This document shows, one piece after another, positions 51,080 to 62,690 of a stretch of 64,000 nucleotides of DNA (its first letter is position 1; every line of letters starts with the position of its first letter). The translations under genes and the position numbers were made by a program. The notes under the pieces are model-generated. The model saw only the letters and a program-made list of their open reading frames with translations, was not told the DNA's origin and searched no databases. The DNA is from Paragordius varius (taxonomy: Eukaryota > Animalia > Nematomorpha), in the NCBI GenBank assembly GCA_964247055.1, contig OZ176051.1, positions 1,178,001 through 1,242,000 on the forward strand, written 5' to 3'.

Positions 51080-51560
51080 ATCGCTACATGTGGTTTTTCC
51101 TTGTCCAACTTGTAATCTTATTACGCAACTTTAATATCGGAAAATTATTCGTGAAAATGTATGAGATATACTTTAGTATACTAACTATACACGATTTTGG
51201 GACAAAAGTTCTCAAAAAACCGATATTTAAGGACTTTCGGATTAAACTGAGGCTCTTTTGAAAAGGCCACTCGATTATTTGCAACTCTATAAATGAATAA
51301 ATTTCAAGTATTTAACTGGGCTCACACCATCATCTAGAAAATTTAATTAAAGCTTTTACATTATACAAAAGATAAGTAATATAGTGTATTTTGAACAATT
51401 TGTTTCCTTGAAAATAATGTAATTTTGGAATTTTTAAAACTTTTACCCATTTTCGATTGAAAGAATTACATTTTTATTGATTCATAATCGAACAAAAATA
51501 CTCTCATAAAATAATGGAAGGACCCCGGGAAACTTGCTCTGAAGCCAAAAAATACATTTG
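51080..51560 (+). pseudogene. Possible ancient LINE RT C-terminal relic
   Basis: Stop-ridden frame YTILGQKF...KATRLFATL...NWAHT...LKLLHYT loosely resembles the post-RT region of non-LTR elements. Confidence 0.25.
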
Positions 51561-51733
51561 ATACAATAATTAAAGCATTTTAGTGTCTTCTTAGCGGAAA
51601 AATAATACTTAATAATAATTTAAAATCAATTTTTGTCGTTAAATTTGGTTAGTTTAAGAAATATTATAAAATATATTTTAACAAATAATATCGATTTTTT
51701 TAGGTATAGCAGCATTTAATTTATTCGGCTTAA

Positions 51734-53751
51734 TCTATATATTTATAAAAATGGAAAGTGGTGGCTTTGTGATCTGTTTCCGGAAAACCGTTAGAGCCAT
51801 TCAAATCCAAATGCCAAAAAAATATAATCATTAATGAATGCCCCGACAATAGCTTCGCTCTTTTTTTGAATTAGGCCCCTGTTCGGGTCCACCCCGTGTA
51901 AAAAACGGGTTTTTTTGAAAACATATGTACTTAAAAATCGTCTATTTGAGACAATTTTCCGGAGAACGAGTTGGACCATTCGATTTTAAATATGCGTTTT
52001 TTTATTTTCGATTGCGCTGAACATAGTCGGCTCTCTTTAATTTTGACCTTAGACCCGCTCCCCCCGTAAGCCATTTTTTCAAACCATCACAAAAATAATT
52101 TATTGTTCAATGAGGATTCCAGGTATTCCCTGTTAAAAGGCTAAAATTTTTGATCGTGCGTTTTCTTATATTGGCTGCTGAGTAAGGAGATTCGCTAAAA
52201 ACTGATCAGTCATATCGAAATAGTGTGCCTTGGAGCTAAATTTCAGAAAACCGATCAAGCCATATGAGTTTAATAGATGCTTAAAATACCCGTAACAAGG
52301 CAAAAATTTAGGTCGTGCGGTTTTTTTAAAATTAGCCGTTAATTAGGCCCTTCACGCCCTGAAAAATGTGCCATTATTAAATGATTTTTCAGTTTTGAGG
52401 CAATTTTTCCAAAATCTAATAAGAGCATATGGAATCAATCGTGATTCCAGGTATTCTCCGTAAAAGGCAAAAATTTTAATCAAGCGCTTTTTTTGTATCA
52501 GCCTCTGGGTAGGGAGCTACCTGCCTACAACTGCGCCACCATATCAAAATTTTTAGGAGTTAATTTTCAGAAAACTTATCAGGCCATATAAGTTTTATAA
52601 GGGCCTGAGATATTACCCGTAAAAAGGCAAAAATTTAAGTAGAGCTGTTTTATTAAATATCCCTCAATTAGGCCCTTGCCCTGAAAAATGCGTCACCATA
52701 GACTAACTTTTTGTTTTTGAGGCAATTTTTGGAAAATCCCACGAGAGCATATGGAACAGTCATGAATCCAGGTGTTACCCGAATTAAGTCAATAATTTTA
52801 ATCGAGCGATCTTTTGTTTCGCCCCTGGATAGGGGGCTACCCGCGTAAAACTGCGTCACCATATCGATACAGCATGCTTTTGGAGCCAAATTTCAGAAAA
52901 CTATGAGAATCTGTAAGTTCAATAAGAGCCTAAAATTTTATTACCCCTTAAAAACAAATATTTTAAATATAGGGGGCTTTATAAATAAGTCCGCTAAGTA
53001 ATTACGCCCTGAAAAATGCACCGCCATAGAACAATTTTTTATTTTTGAAACAATATTTCCAAGAAATTATAGGAACATATGGAATCCATGATAATTTCAG
53101 ATATTGTCCATATAAAGCCAAAAATTTTGCCCAACGCTTTTTTATGCCTGCCCCTGGGTAAGGAGCTACCCGCCTAAACTGCGCCACTATTTGCATTGTT
53201 TTGGAGAAAAATTATGAAGCCATATGAGCTCATTAAAAGCTTGAAATATTACCTGTAACAAAGTAAAAAAGGTCAGACATTTTTTATTAGCCGTTAATTT
53301 GGGGCCTTTATGCCCAAAAATACGACATCATACAACGATTATTTAGTGTTGAGATATTTTTTCGAATAACTCATGAGACGAAGGTATCAAAGATGATTTT
53401 AAATATTTGCCATATAAAGGCAAAGAATTTAGCACAGCGCTTTTTCCATAGAGGTGGGTAGAGGTCTACTGGTTTAAAACTGAGATACAAAAATGGCGTG
53501 GCTTTGGAGCTATTCAAAAAACTTAAAAGCCATACGAGTTCAATAAAGGCTTTAAATATTACCCATAAAAAGTTAATAACGGTTTTTTCCGTTAGCCGTC
53601 AATTTGGGGCCTTCACACAAGTAAACAATATATTATGAATGCACCGAAAATCATAATATTGTTGATGCCTTTTTTGAATACCCCCCCCCCCCCCCCCCAA
53701 GAAGTTCGAATGACTTCCTCGAGCTGCGTAGCAGCCTGAGATTTACGCTAG
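51734..53751 (+). mobile_element. Non-autonomous Helitron copy H5 (2018 bp) with about five ~325-bp internal units
   Basis: A|TCTATATATTTATAAAAATGG start. GCTGC-GTA-GCAGC hairpin and ATTTACGCTAG|T end. Unit anchors at ~52139, 52467, 52790, 53118 and 53419. Confidence 0.9.
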
Positions 53752-55809
53752 TTGGAAATAAAATGCGAATATTTGCTTTTGCTAATAGGAATTTTATTTT
53801 TTATTTAAACTCTATTTACCATTTCATATTTATTATACGGGGCCTCCATCTATCCGCCTAATAATTTATCACAAACACTCAAATTTTTGGTTACACCGTG
53901 TGATAAGAAGATCGCCACCTGAAAAACGTTTATTTCTAATTTTCAAAAGAAATTCGGTAAGTCATTTTTTCCGAAGATTTAAGCAGATCAATTGTTCGTT
54001 TTGAAAATGAGTAATTAAGCTTATAGTTATAGAAAATGAATCCCTGGAAATAATACGCCGCAGCTATGACTCCATATGTTTTAAAAAGGAATTTAATGAT
54101 GTCGGCATTGTGCGAATAAAAAATTCAAAAAATTAAGTTTCACAATTTTTTATTTTAAAAGGACTTTATAATACATAAAATATCCTTTATAAGATAACGC
54201 TCGAAAGAATTAGTTAATTTTTATGCCGGGGTTGTATTAGTTACGCCATCAGATTTTTTATTGAGTAAAAATTAGGATTTAATTGCAAATTTTGTCAAAT
54301 TTTATGATTTAATTTAAAATTTACAGCATTAGTAAAAGATATTTGAGAAAGTAAAGCAGAAAAACGGTTTTGAGCAAACTGTACAAATTATTCTGAAATA
54401 GATTAAAATTAAGAAAAAATAGGAGCTAAAAAATTACCCTTAAATCTAAAAAATAACCGATAAACATTAACTTTGGCATATAAATATAGTAAAACATATT
54501 TATAAAGTACGCCTGAATTAAAATATCTAATATTATAAAGTTTTCCAGTAAGAGGTCGGATAAGTTGTGAGTTTAATGAATTTAAAAGAATAAAAATTGT
54601 TTAATATGGTTTTTTAGATTTATTGCAATATAACAGTCAGTTATTCTGGATTTAATTAATTTCAGCATTAGAATTAATAATATTAATGGATCTGTGCGCA
54701 CATGTTCTTTAATTAAATATATGTTTATCATATCAAGTTTTAATATTATTAAAAAAACGATTAATTTTTATTAAATTAAACTGTGTTAATTATAAAAATA
54801 TGGCTTATTCTGAAATTCTTACATGGAATGCCTATATTTTGATTCAATTTTAAATTATCTGAATGGACAATTAAAAACGTTATATCAATTTTTAATTTAA
54901 TTAACAATTTTTAAATAAAAATATAAAATCCTTACCTTTAAAATAAATTTCAGTCAAGGGTAGAATTAATTTTGAGCCATTATCACAGAAAGAGGAAAAT
55001 ATATCTGTATCCATAATAATTATATACGTAAAAATAGTGTTGTAATAATTTTCCGAGTCTCCAAAATTTGTAGTATTGAATCATATATAAAATATAAAAT
55101 TTTATTTAAAATATGATAATTTTGGGTTAAATAAATTTACTTTAAAATAAAGAAAAAAAAAGTCTATAAAATGCTAAAATAGTGTTTAATGCATAAGCCT
55201 GGAATCATGAATGGCAAACGATGTAATGTTTGCAGAATAAAAATATATTTTTTTAGAAAATGATTGATTTGGAACAATGGGTTCGTTTATATTTTTGCAT
55301 TATTTATTTATTGAGGAAATGTGCTTTTAGGATGGGAAGGTTTTATAAAGGCTGCAGACTTCATATTAATAAACGCTAGAATAATGCAGAATTTTGTTCT
55401 AAAACTATAAGCTAAAAATTTCAGAATAAAAAAGATTTAATATATTTAATTTTGCAAATTCGAGAATATTTAAACGAGAACGATAATATAGCTAGCTATT
55501 GCTTTATGTAAAGGAATATTAAAAATAATCGCATTTTAATTGTTTGTTTTTACACCTTTTCAATTTGATCGTTTCGATTTACATTTAATATTTTTTTCTA
55601 TTATTTTTAGAAAGTAATAATTTCATTATCCTTCATTGTGAAATTGGAAAAAAAATGTTTGTTTTTGCAAAAACAAACAACATTTAATTAACAAATACCA
55701 ATTTTTACCTGAACTTGATGTTTAAAAATGTATGTTTTTCAAAAAAATCACAAATTTTTCAAATTAAAATGTTACAAAGAAGGGGATTTTTACCTATAAA
55801 AAATATATA

Positions 55810-55973
55810 CAATAGCGTATGGTATAAAACGATGTTGGTCCATAAAAGAATAAAAAATATGTTTTTTTAAAAAATAACCCTAGTTGTATATACACATACC
55901 CATAATATGCCCTTGTTTTTTTAAAAAAATTATTCTTTTATGGACTAACATTGTTTTATGCCATACGTTACTG
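55810..55973. mobile_element. Small palindromic MITE (Tc1/pogo-like ends), 164 bp
   Basis: TA|CAATAGCGTATGGTATAAAACGATGTTGGTCCATAAAAGAATAA pairs with TTATTCTTTTATGGACTAACATTGTTTTATGCCATACGTTACTG. The right TA is not intact. Confidence 0.55.
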
Positions 55974-56471
55974 TTTGATAACCACTTTTATATTTTAGTT
56001 GTCTTTTAATCCTCTCTTAAACATGTAAATGTTATCTTTCTGTTATTTATTAAAAATTGTAAATTTGTATCGTTTTTTTTCTATTTTTTATAGAGCACAA
56101 GCAGTTAAATTGCATTTCATTTCAAATGTAACGCGCAAAATATTTATTATTATGAGAAAAAACATTTTAAGCGAAATCTACCTTTTTGAAAAATGATTTT
56201 TAAAATATAACGCTTTCACAACCTTTCTTCCTTTATTCTGTTAAAAAAGATTTAAAAATTTTTTTCATTGAAATTAGATTAATGATATAAATCCTAATAA
56301 AATAGATTACTATTATTGTTAAAAAAGCAATTTTAGGTTACAAAAATAATTTTCCATTTTAACCTAATTTTCACTCTTCGTGTGTATGTTATTAAAATTC
56401 AGATTATTGAAAAAGGTGTAATTCATTGTTATTTAAAATCAACTTGTAAGAGATTTTAAACTAGAGATGCA

Positions 56472-57920
56472 ATGGAAAATGCCAAAATTCATGCAATCAG
56501 ATTAGAAACTGCGAAAAAATTTAATGATATTATACTCGAGATGTTTTGTCAATTCAAGCATCAGGTAGAAGGAAATTTAATTGATATCACAACTCAAATC
56601 TCAGGGTTAACGGTAAACTGTTTGTTTTTCCTTGATTTTATTATTAGTTTATATATATAATATCAAACTTTTCTTTAAATATTTTTGAAAAAAACTCTTG
56701 TGCCTCTATTTAGGAGGATGTTTTAAATTTGGTAAAACTCTTTGAATATCATCAAAAAGATCGGGATGATATGAAACGACGGATAGAAAAATGCGAAGAA
56801 TCAATTAAAAAATGCCAAAACAACAGTAATGAACGATACCTGAATGAAAGTAAGTACAAAATATATATATTAAAACCTAATATATAGAAGATCAAGCAAG
56901 TGATTTGAAAATGCGCATACAAGTTAAAAGTTCCATAAAACATTTTTTAGAAACTAATGGAAGTGTGCAAAGAAAGTGACGAGAAAGTCAAAAAAGATGG
57001 AAACGGATTGGTATTTTATAGAATTTTTGTTTTATATGGCTTGGACTAGGTCACTGGTGAATGCTTTCAGACGGGCTATAACCGTTTTTAAAAATAACTA
57101 ATCTAAATTTTTTGTACATACGGTAGACCTTATGAAAATGATTTTTCTTTAAATAAACAGACCTAAACTAATTAAATTGTGATCTCATGCACTTTCTGAT
57201 TTTCGGAGGACTAATTTTTGAGTTCTAATATATATTTTTTCCCACGATCGTGCCTTTAATCTAATAAAAAGGCTAAACCTACTAAGTTGGAATACCTTTA
57301 GAGTCCCAAAATAAACAACCAAGTCCGATTATGGAAGACAGATTATTATAAATATTGAGAGTTTGACCAAGTTTAAGTAATAAGGGGATTGTAATATCTG
57401 GTCAAAATAAAATTTTGCAACATTTAAAACGTAAAATCAAATTAATTGGTTTAAGCTAAAATATTGGTTGTATCATAGTAAAACTTGTAATTATATTTAT
57501 TTTTATATCAATTAGAAAGCTAGTTTGACAGTCAACATTCCGCTGATGATATTGCATAAATCAGAACCCGTTTTTATCAATTTAAACAGTGAAAATAAGT
57601 ATAATATATATGAATAAAATAGACTAGACAAAAATTATACGACAAAGTCCAAAGAAAATTACGGTACCCAAAATCAGAGCACTTTTAATAATACTGGGCA
57701 AAATGGATCAAATACGTCAAATAATAAAAATCAATTATATAAATTGGCTCCTTTAGCGACGCCGGAATTATCAACCACATGTCTCTTCAATAATGGCGCC
57801 ATCGATGGCAAAACATCAACAGATTCCTCTTATCAATCATACTATTTGAATAACAATGATCTATATGAAAACCCCAATACTAGTCCAAAAATTAAAAGTA
57901 ATTCTTTTATAAAATACTGA
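56472..57920 (+). CDS. Unidentified protein with a coiled-coil region and Asn/Ser-rich tail. Exons 56472-56612, 56714-56849, 56888-56922, 56951-57010, ..., 57532-57598, 57623-57920; 5' and middle exons unresolved
   Basis: Phase-consistent GT-AG introns of 101, 38, 28 and 24 nt. Heptad-like EDVLNLVKLFEYHQKDRDDMKRRIEKCEESIKKCQN. No family recognised. Confidence 0.55.
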
Positions 57921-58420
57921 TAAGTTAGCCCACATTGAAAACAGCATTTGGGGCCAAAAATTTATTTGGTTTTCCATTATGGTTCGAAATTCTTAGGGAA
58001 TAAAATTGAATTATGAAAAATGTAAATGACATAGAAATTTGGTAATTGCTAATACAGGGCTTTAACCGAAATCAGAAACATTTTGAGATTAAATAGGAAC
58101 TAATTTCTGGTTCCACTTTCTTAAATATCATACTGGTCCCGGTTACAAAATGCAATTTACTTCGGCTGCATTTACAATTTTTCGAACACATCTCGGTTAA
58201 GGTTACATAACCAAAATAAATAAAAATAGTTAATCATGCTTAATAAACAACAATTTAAGCCAAATATTAAAAACAATCTGAAACTTTTAAGGCTTTAAAA
58301 TAGATTTATATTTACTTATGTATTCTTTTAATAATAATAAAAATATATTAATATAATATGTAATTATAACATATTTTGATAAGAAATTTAAAATTTGGAA
58401 CCAAAGTGTTTTATCAACAA

Positions 58421-59504
58421 TCTATATATTTATAAAAATGGAAAATGCTGGCTTTGTGATCTGTTTCCGGAAAACCGGTAGACGCATTCAAATCCAAATG
58501 TTGAAAAAATACAATCATTAATGAATGCCCCGACAATAGCTTCGCCCTTTTTTTTGAATTAGGCCCCCAATTCGGGCACACCCCGTGTAAAAAACGTTTT
58601 TTTTTGAAAACACAAGTCCACAAAAATCGTGTCTTTAAGACAATTTTCTGGAGAACGTGTTGGATCATTCAATTTCAAATATGATTTTTGTTTACTTATT
58701 TTCGATTGCGCCGAACATAGTGGTCTCGCTTTTTTAATTTAGGCTCTATTTTTACCCGCTCCCCCGGTAAAATGCAATTTTTTTCAAAAAACAAAGTCCA
58801 CAAAAATAATTTTTTAAATCTATTTTTCGCCCAAAAGACCGTAAATATTCAATAAAAATTCCACATATTCCCTGTTAAAAGGCAAAAATTTTAGTCAAGT
58901 GTTTCTTTGATGATAGCTGCTGGGTAAGGAGCTACCCGCTAAAAACTGATTCGTCATATGGCTTTGTGATCTGGTACCGGAAAACCGGTAAACCCATTCA
59001 AATAAAAATGTCGAAAAAATATAATCATTAATGAATGCCCCGACAATAGCTTTGCCCTTTTTTTTGAATTAGGCCCCCAGTTCAGGCCCACCCCGTGTAA
59101 AAAACGGTTTTTTTTTGAAAACACAAGTCCACAAAAATCGTGTCTTTGAGACAATTTTCTGGAGAACGTGTTGGATCATTCAATTTCAAATATGATTTTT
59201 GTTTACTTATTTTCGATTCCGCCGAACATAGTGGTGTAATTTAGGCCCTCTTTTTACCCGCACCCCCCTTAAAATGCCATTTTTTTCAAAAAAACAAAGT
59301 CCACAAAAATAATTTTTTAAATCTATTTTTCGCCCAAGTAAACAATATATTAGTATTAATGCCCTGTTTTGAAACTCCTATGAGATCATAGGTATTAAAT
59401 TATGTTTGGAAATAATCCACATTGTCCCTTTTTTCAAAAAGCTCCTCCCCCCAGAAGTCCGAAGGACTTCCTTGGGCTGCGTAGCAGCACGAGATTTACG
59501 CTAG
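58421..59504 (+). mobile_element. Non-autonomous Helitron copy H6 (1084 bp, duplicated 5' module)
   Basis: A|TC start, hairpin plus CTAG|T end. Same architecture as H4. Confidence 0.9.
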
Positions 59505-60839
59505 TAATATATAATTTAAAAATATATATGAAAAATTGATACTGATGTTAAAAAGCGATAAATTTTCAGGAATTATCGCGGTATTACTTATGATTTGAGG
59601 CACCAACCGGGTTCGGGTATAATTTAAAATTCACCCTGGTTATGGCTTAAATAATCTAAGAATTAAATCCGTTTAAATATTTGAAAAAACCTATTTTAGG
59701 CGCCACTTTTTTCGCCTTGATACAAACTTATTAAATGTTGCTTAGTTTATTTATGTGATAAAAAATTAATCATTAATATTATTAAAGAATTGGAATCAAG
59801 TATGTTAATCGCGTTAACCTCCAATGCACATAATAACTACTCTATTTAAGTATTAGATGTCAATGGATTATATCAAAACCACAAAATGGATAGAAAAGAA
59901 AAATTGGCAAGTAGTAATAAAGGTTCACGATTTAGTATCAAAAGCAATCGTATGTGGAATTATATCAATAATATAAGGAAACAATAAATTTATTTGAATA
60001 CTATTGTTGTAATAAATACCAAATTATTTTCGATTTTCACAATCATGATATATATATTTAATTTTCCGCATATTTATTATCGCATTTATATATATGGGTG
60101 TGTATTGAGAGTCGAGGATTAATGATGGTTTCTTCATAAAATTGGTTGGTCGAAATGAAAAAAAGCAATTGGGTAAATGTTTGAACTCCAATATACTTTT
60201 TTCTTATTACTTTTATACAATCATGCGTAGCAAACCTTTGTATAAAATTATTCAAATAAATTAATTTACTAAGTTTCAATTTTATATATTTTTGTAACAT
60301 AATAATGTTTCCAAAAAAGACGATCAATATTTTTTGATATTATTATTATATAAACAAGAGCGCTTATTTTCTCAGAATATTTAGGATTTGATAGAAAAAT
60401 TTTCACATTTCAACGAACTTAAAATTTTTATTATATGCATGATCAGATGTTATATTATAAAACCGTAAAGCGCATAAAATTTGGGAAGGGGATGAAAAAC
60501 TTCATTAGACATATATTCTTAAAGCTTTAATACTTTTGGTTTCGGGTATTAGCGTCATTTAAAAAAGATAATTCAACTTTTATACATAGCTCCAAATCAA
60601 AAAATTAATAGTTTATTTCAATATTTTTGATTAAATAACATAAACAATATATAAAAATAAATTTATCGTGAACTCTGAAATGGACTATAAGTCTTTTGTT
60701 TCGCAAAAGTGCCGAGGTTGCACGATAAAAATTTTCAATATATGCCAATTTTATTGTTGTGAACTGAAATTAAAGACTAATATTAAAACTAAATAACACT
60801 TTCTCTCTAAATTATACCCATTTTTTCGTTCACTTAATT

Positions 60840-61900
60840 ATGTAGCAAGAGTTATTTTACCGCCAAGATTATGCTTTAATACACCAGGATATACGCTCAA
60901 GCATAGTATACACTATAATAAAGCGTTTCTTAATTTTTATCGCACTATCTAGTTTCTTTGATGTTAAATTTTTTGAATCAAGACTGATACAAATGGTTTT
61001 GCTTTTTATAAAAGTTAGTACATTATTATATTCTAAATTGAAGTATTGAGCCAAAAAATACATTTTTAATTAACATGTGAGCTAAATTTTTCCCTATATG
61101 AATTTCCATACAAGTGAAATATCCTTTTTGATGGCTGGCCGTTTAGGTAAAATTATGCCAATTATATTGGTTAGAAGTAATAGATGATCGATATGCGAAG
61201 AATGTGTCTTGGGATTAAACGTCGCTAAACGTATCGTTATAGGATAATAATTTTGGCATCTGGTGTGCCTGATATAGGAAAACTTAATAAATACTGTCCA
61301 ATTATGGTGAAATCGGGTTTTATTTTTTCCAAATTGTTCATTTAAATGGGCAAATCTTAACGCCAAATTTACTTAATAGCAAAGCTGATTTGCTCATTAT
61401 CCTTCTTTACGGTCAAACTTATATTTTTAAAGTTTACATTTATATTCGGCTCAATATATAAAATACCGGTGAGGTTTTAAATGCATTTTTAGAAAATCAT
61501 TAAAATTCATTTTTTTATGAGTAGTTAACTCCTCTCTCGCCAAAATTTCCTTAAATAATTAGTAATATCTCTCAAACACCATTTAGCTACACTTCACAAA
61601 CTTTCGTTTTATGGCCAATGAATATTTCATTTATATACAACTTGTATTTGATAAAACATTTTAATCTTTCTTGCTGAGCTACTGTATCCCAACGCTTAAA
61701 ATAATTGGATGATATATTTGTTTGAATGCAAAAAGATCGACCATATCAATGTTTAAAATAACCAATAGATTTTTAAATGCATTAAACTATGCTAAAAAAC
61801 GATGTAAGTATAGAAGTTATTTTGCCGAGAATAATCAGTATGAAAAGATCACTGAAAACAGCTGTACTCATATATGAAATGCTAAATGAAAACCCTTAAT
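60840..61900 (+). pseudogene. Possible degenerate LINE reverse transcriptase relic
   Basis: Fragments ICEECVLGLNVAKRIVIG and FLLSYCIPTL..NRFLNAL resemble late-RT and post-RT motifs of L2/CR1-like elements. No YADD motif was recovered. Confidence 0.28.
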
Positions 61901-62690
61901 GCAATAATTCTGAAAGCGCCGCAAGAATCGACTTGACAGTAAAATAGTTGGAGAAATTCATGTATCCATTACATAGTGGCTGATGTTCTGAATCCTTTGA
62001 TGTCATGTATCTAAACAAACAAAATTATATACGCATCTTCAAACAATAAAATATTTCCCATATCATTAAATAAAATTTAAATATAATTAACTTAGCCATA
62101 CATCCTATATATTTCTTATTTATACAAAGATAAATTTGTTATAACATACACATGATATATGATAAAAAAAACTAAAAAATCATGTCACAAAAAATTGAAT
62201 AATATAGATATGTAATCAATATGTGTATTAAAGTTGCCTTGATGCTTTTTAAAACTACTTTTTTTCACTAATATTATTTTGCCTGTGTGGATTTAAGTGA
62301 GATCTATGAGACACTTAAATGTATATGGGATGTTTAAGCTAAGCTTATTTCTTAGGTGTGTTGCTAACATTCTTGTAAGTAAGTCTATTGAATTTCGTTT
62401 CTCCTTACAACAATACAATATTAATTTTCTTAGGCGAGGGAGTAGGTAACTTAAATTCTTATAGATCCTATTCACACACGCAGTGAAGTAAGTTGATATT
62501 TGATGGGTAAATTGAATGTATATTTATGAAACCTAGATAATAGTAAGAATAATGGATCTTAATTAGGTTCGAAGTGAATATTCTTTAATAAATTCTATAT
62601 GATTTAAACTGAAAATCAATAAAAAAACTTACATCTAATGAAATACACAGTAATAAATAAATGGCAAGAGGAGATATCACACCAAATTGA

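Noticed and set aside
12125-59154. Short ORFs in the track at 11154, 12125, 12273, 22082, 33636, 33671, 51791, 52668, 53002, 58414 and 58954
   Set aside because: All lie in the non-coding Helitron modules. Their mutual similarity reflects the DNA repeat, frames are not conserved, and there are no Rep/helicase motifs.
58055-59638. Possible hAT element around Helitron H6 (CAGGGC... / ...CACCCTG)
   Set aside because: The terminal match is only ~5-6 bp and the flanks (TGCTAATA versus GTTATGGC) show no 8-bp TSD.
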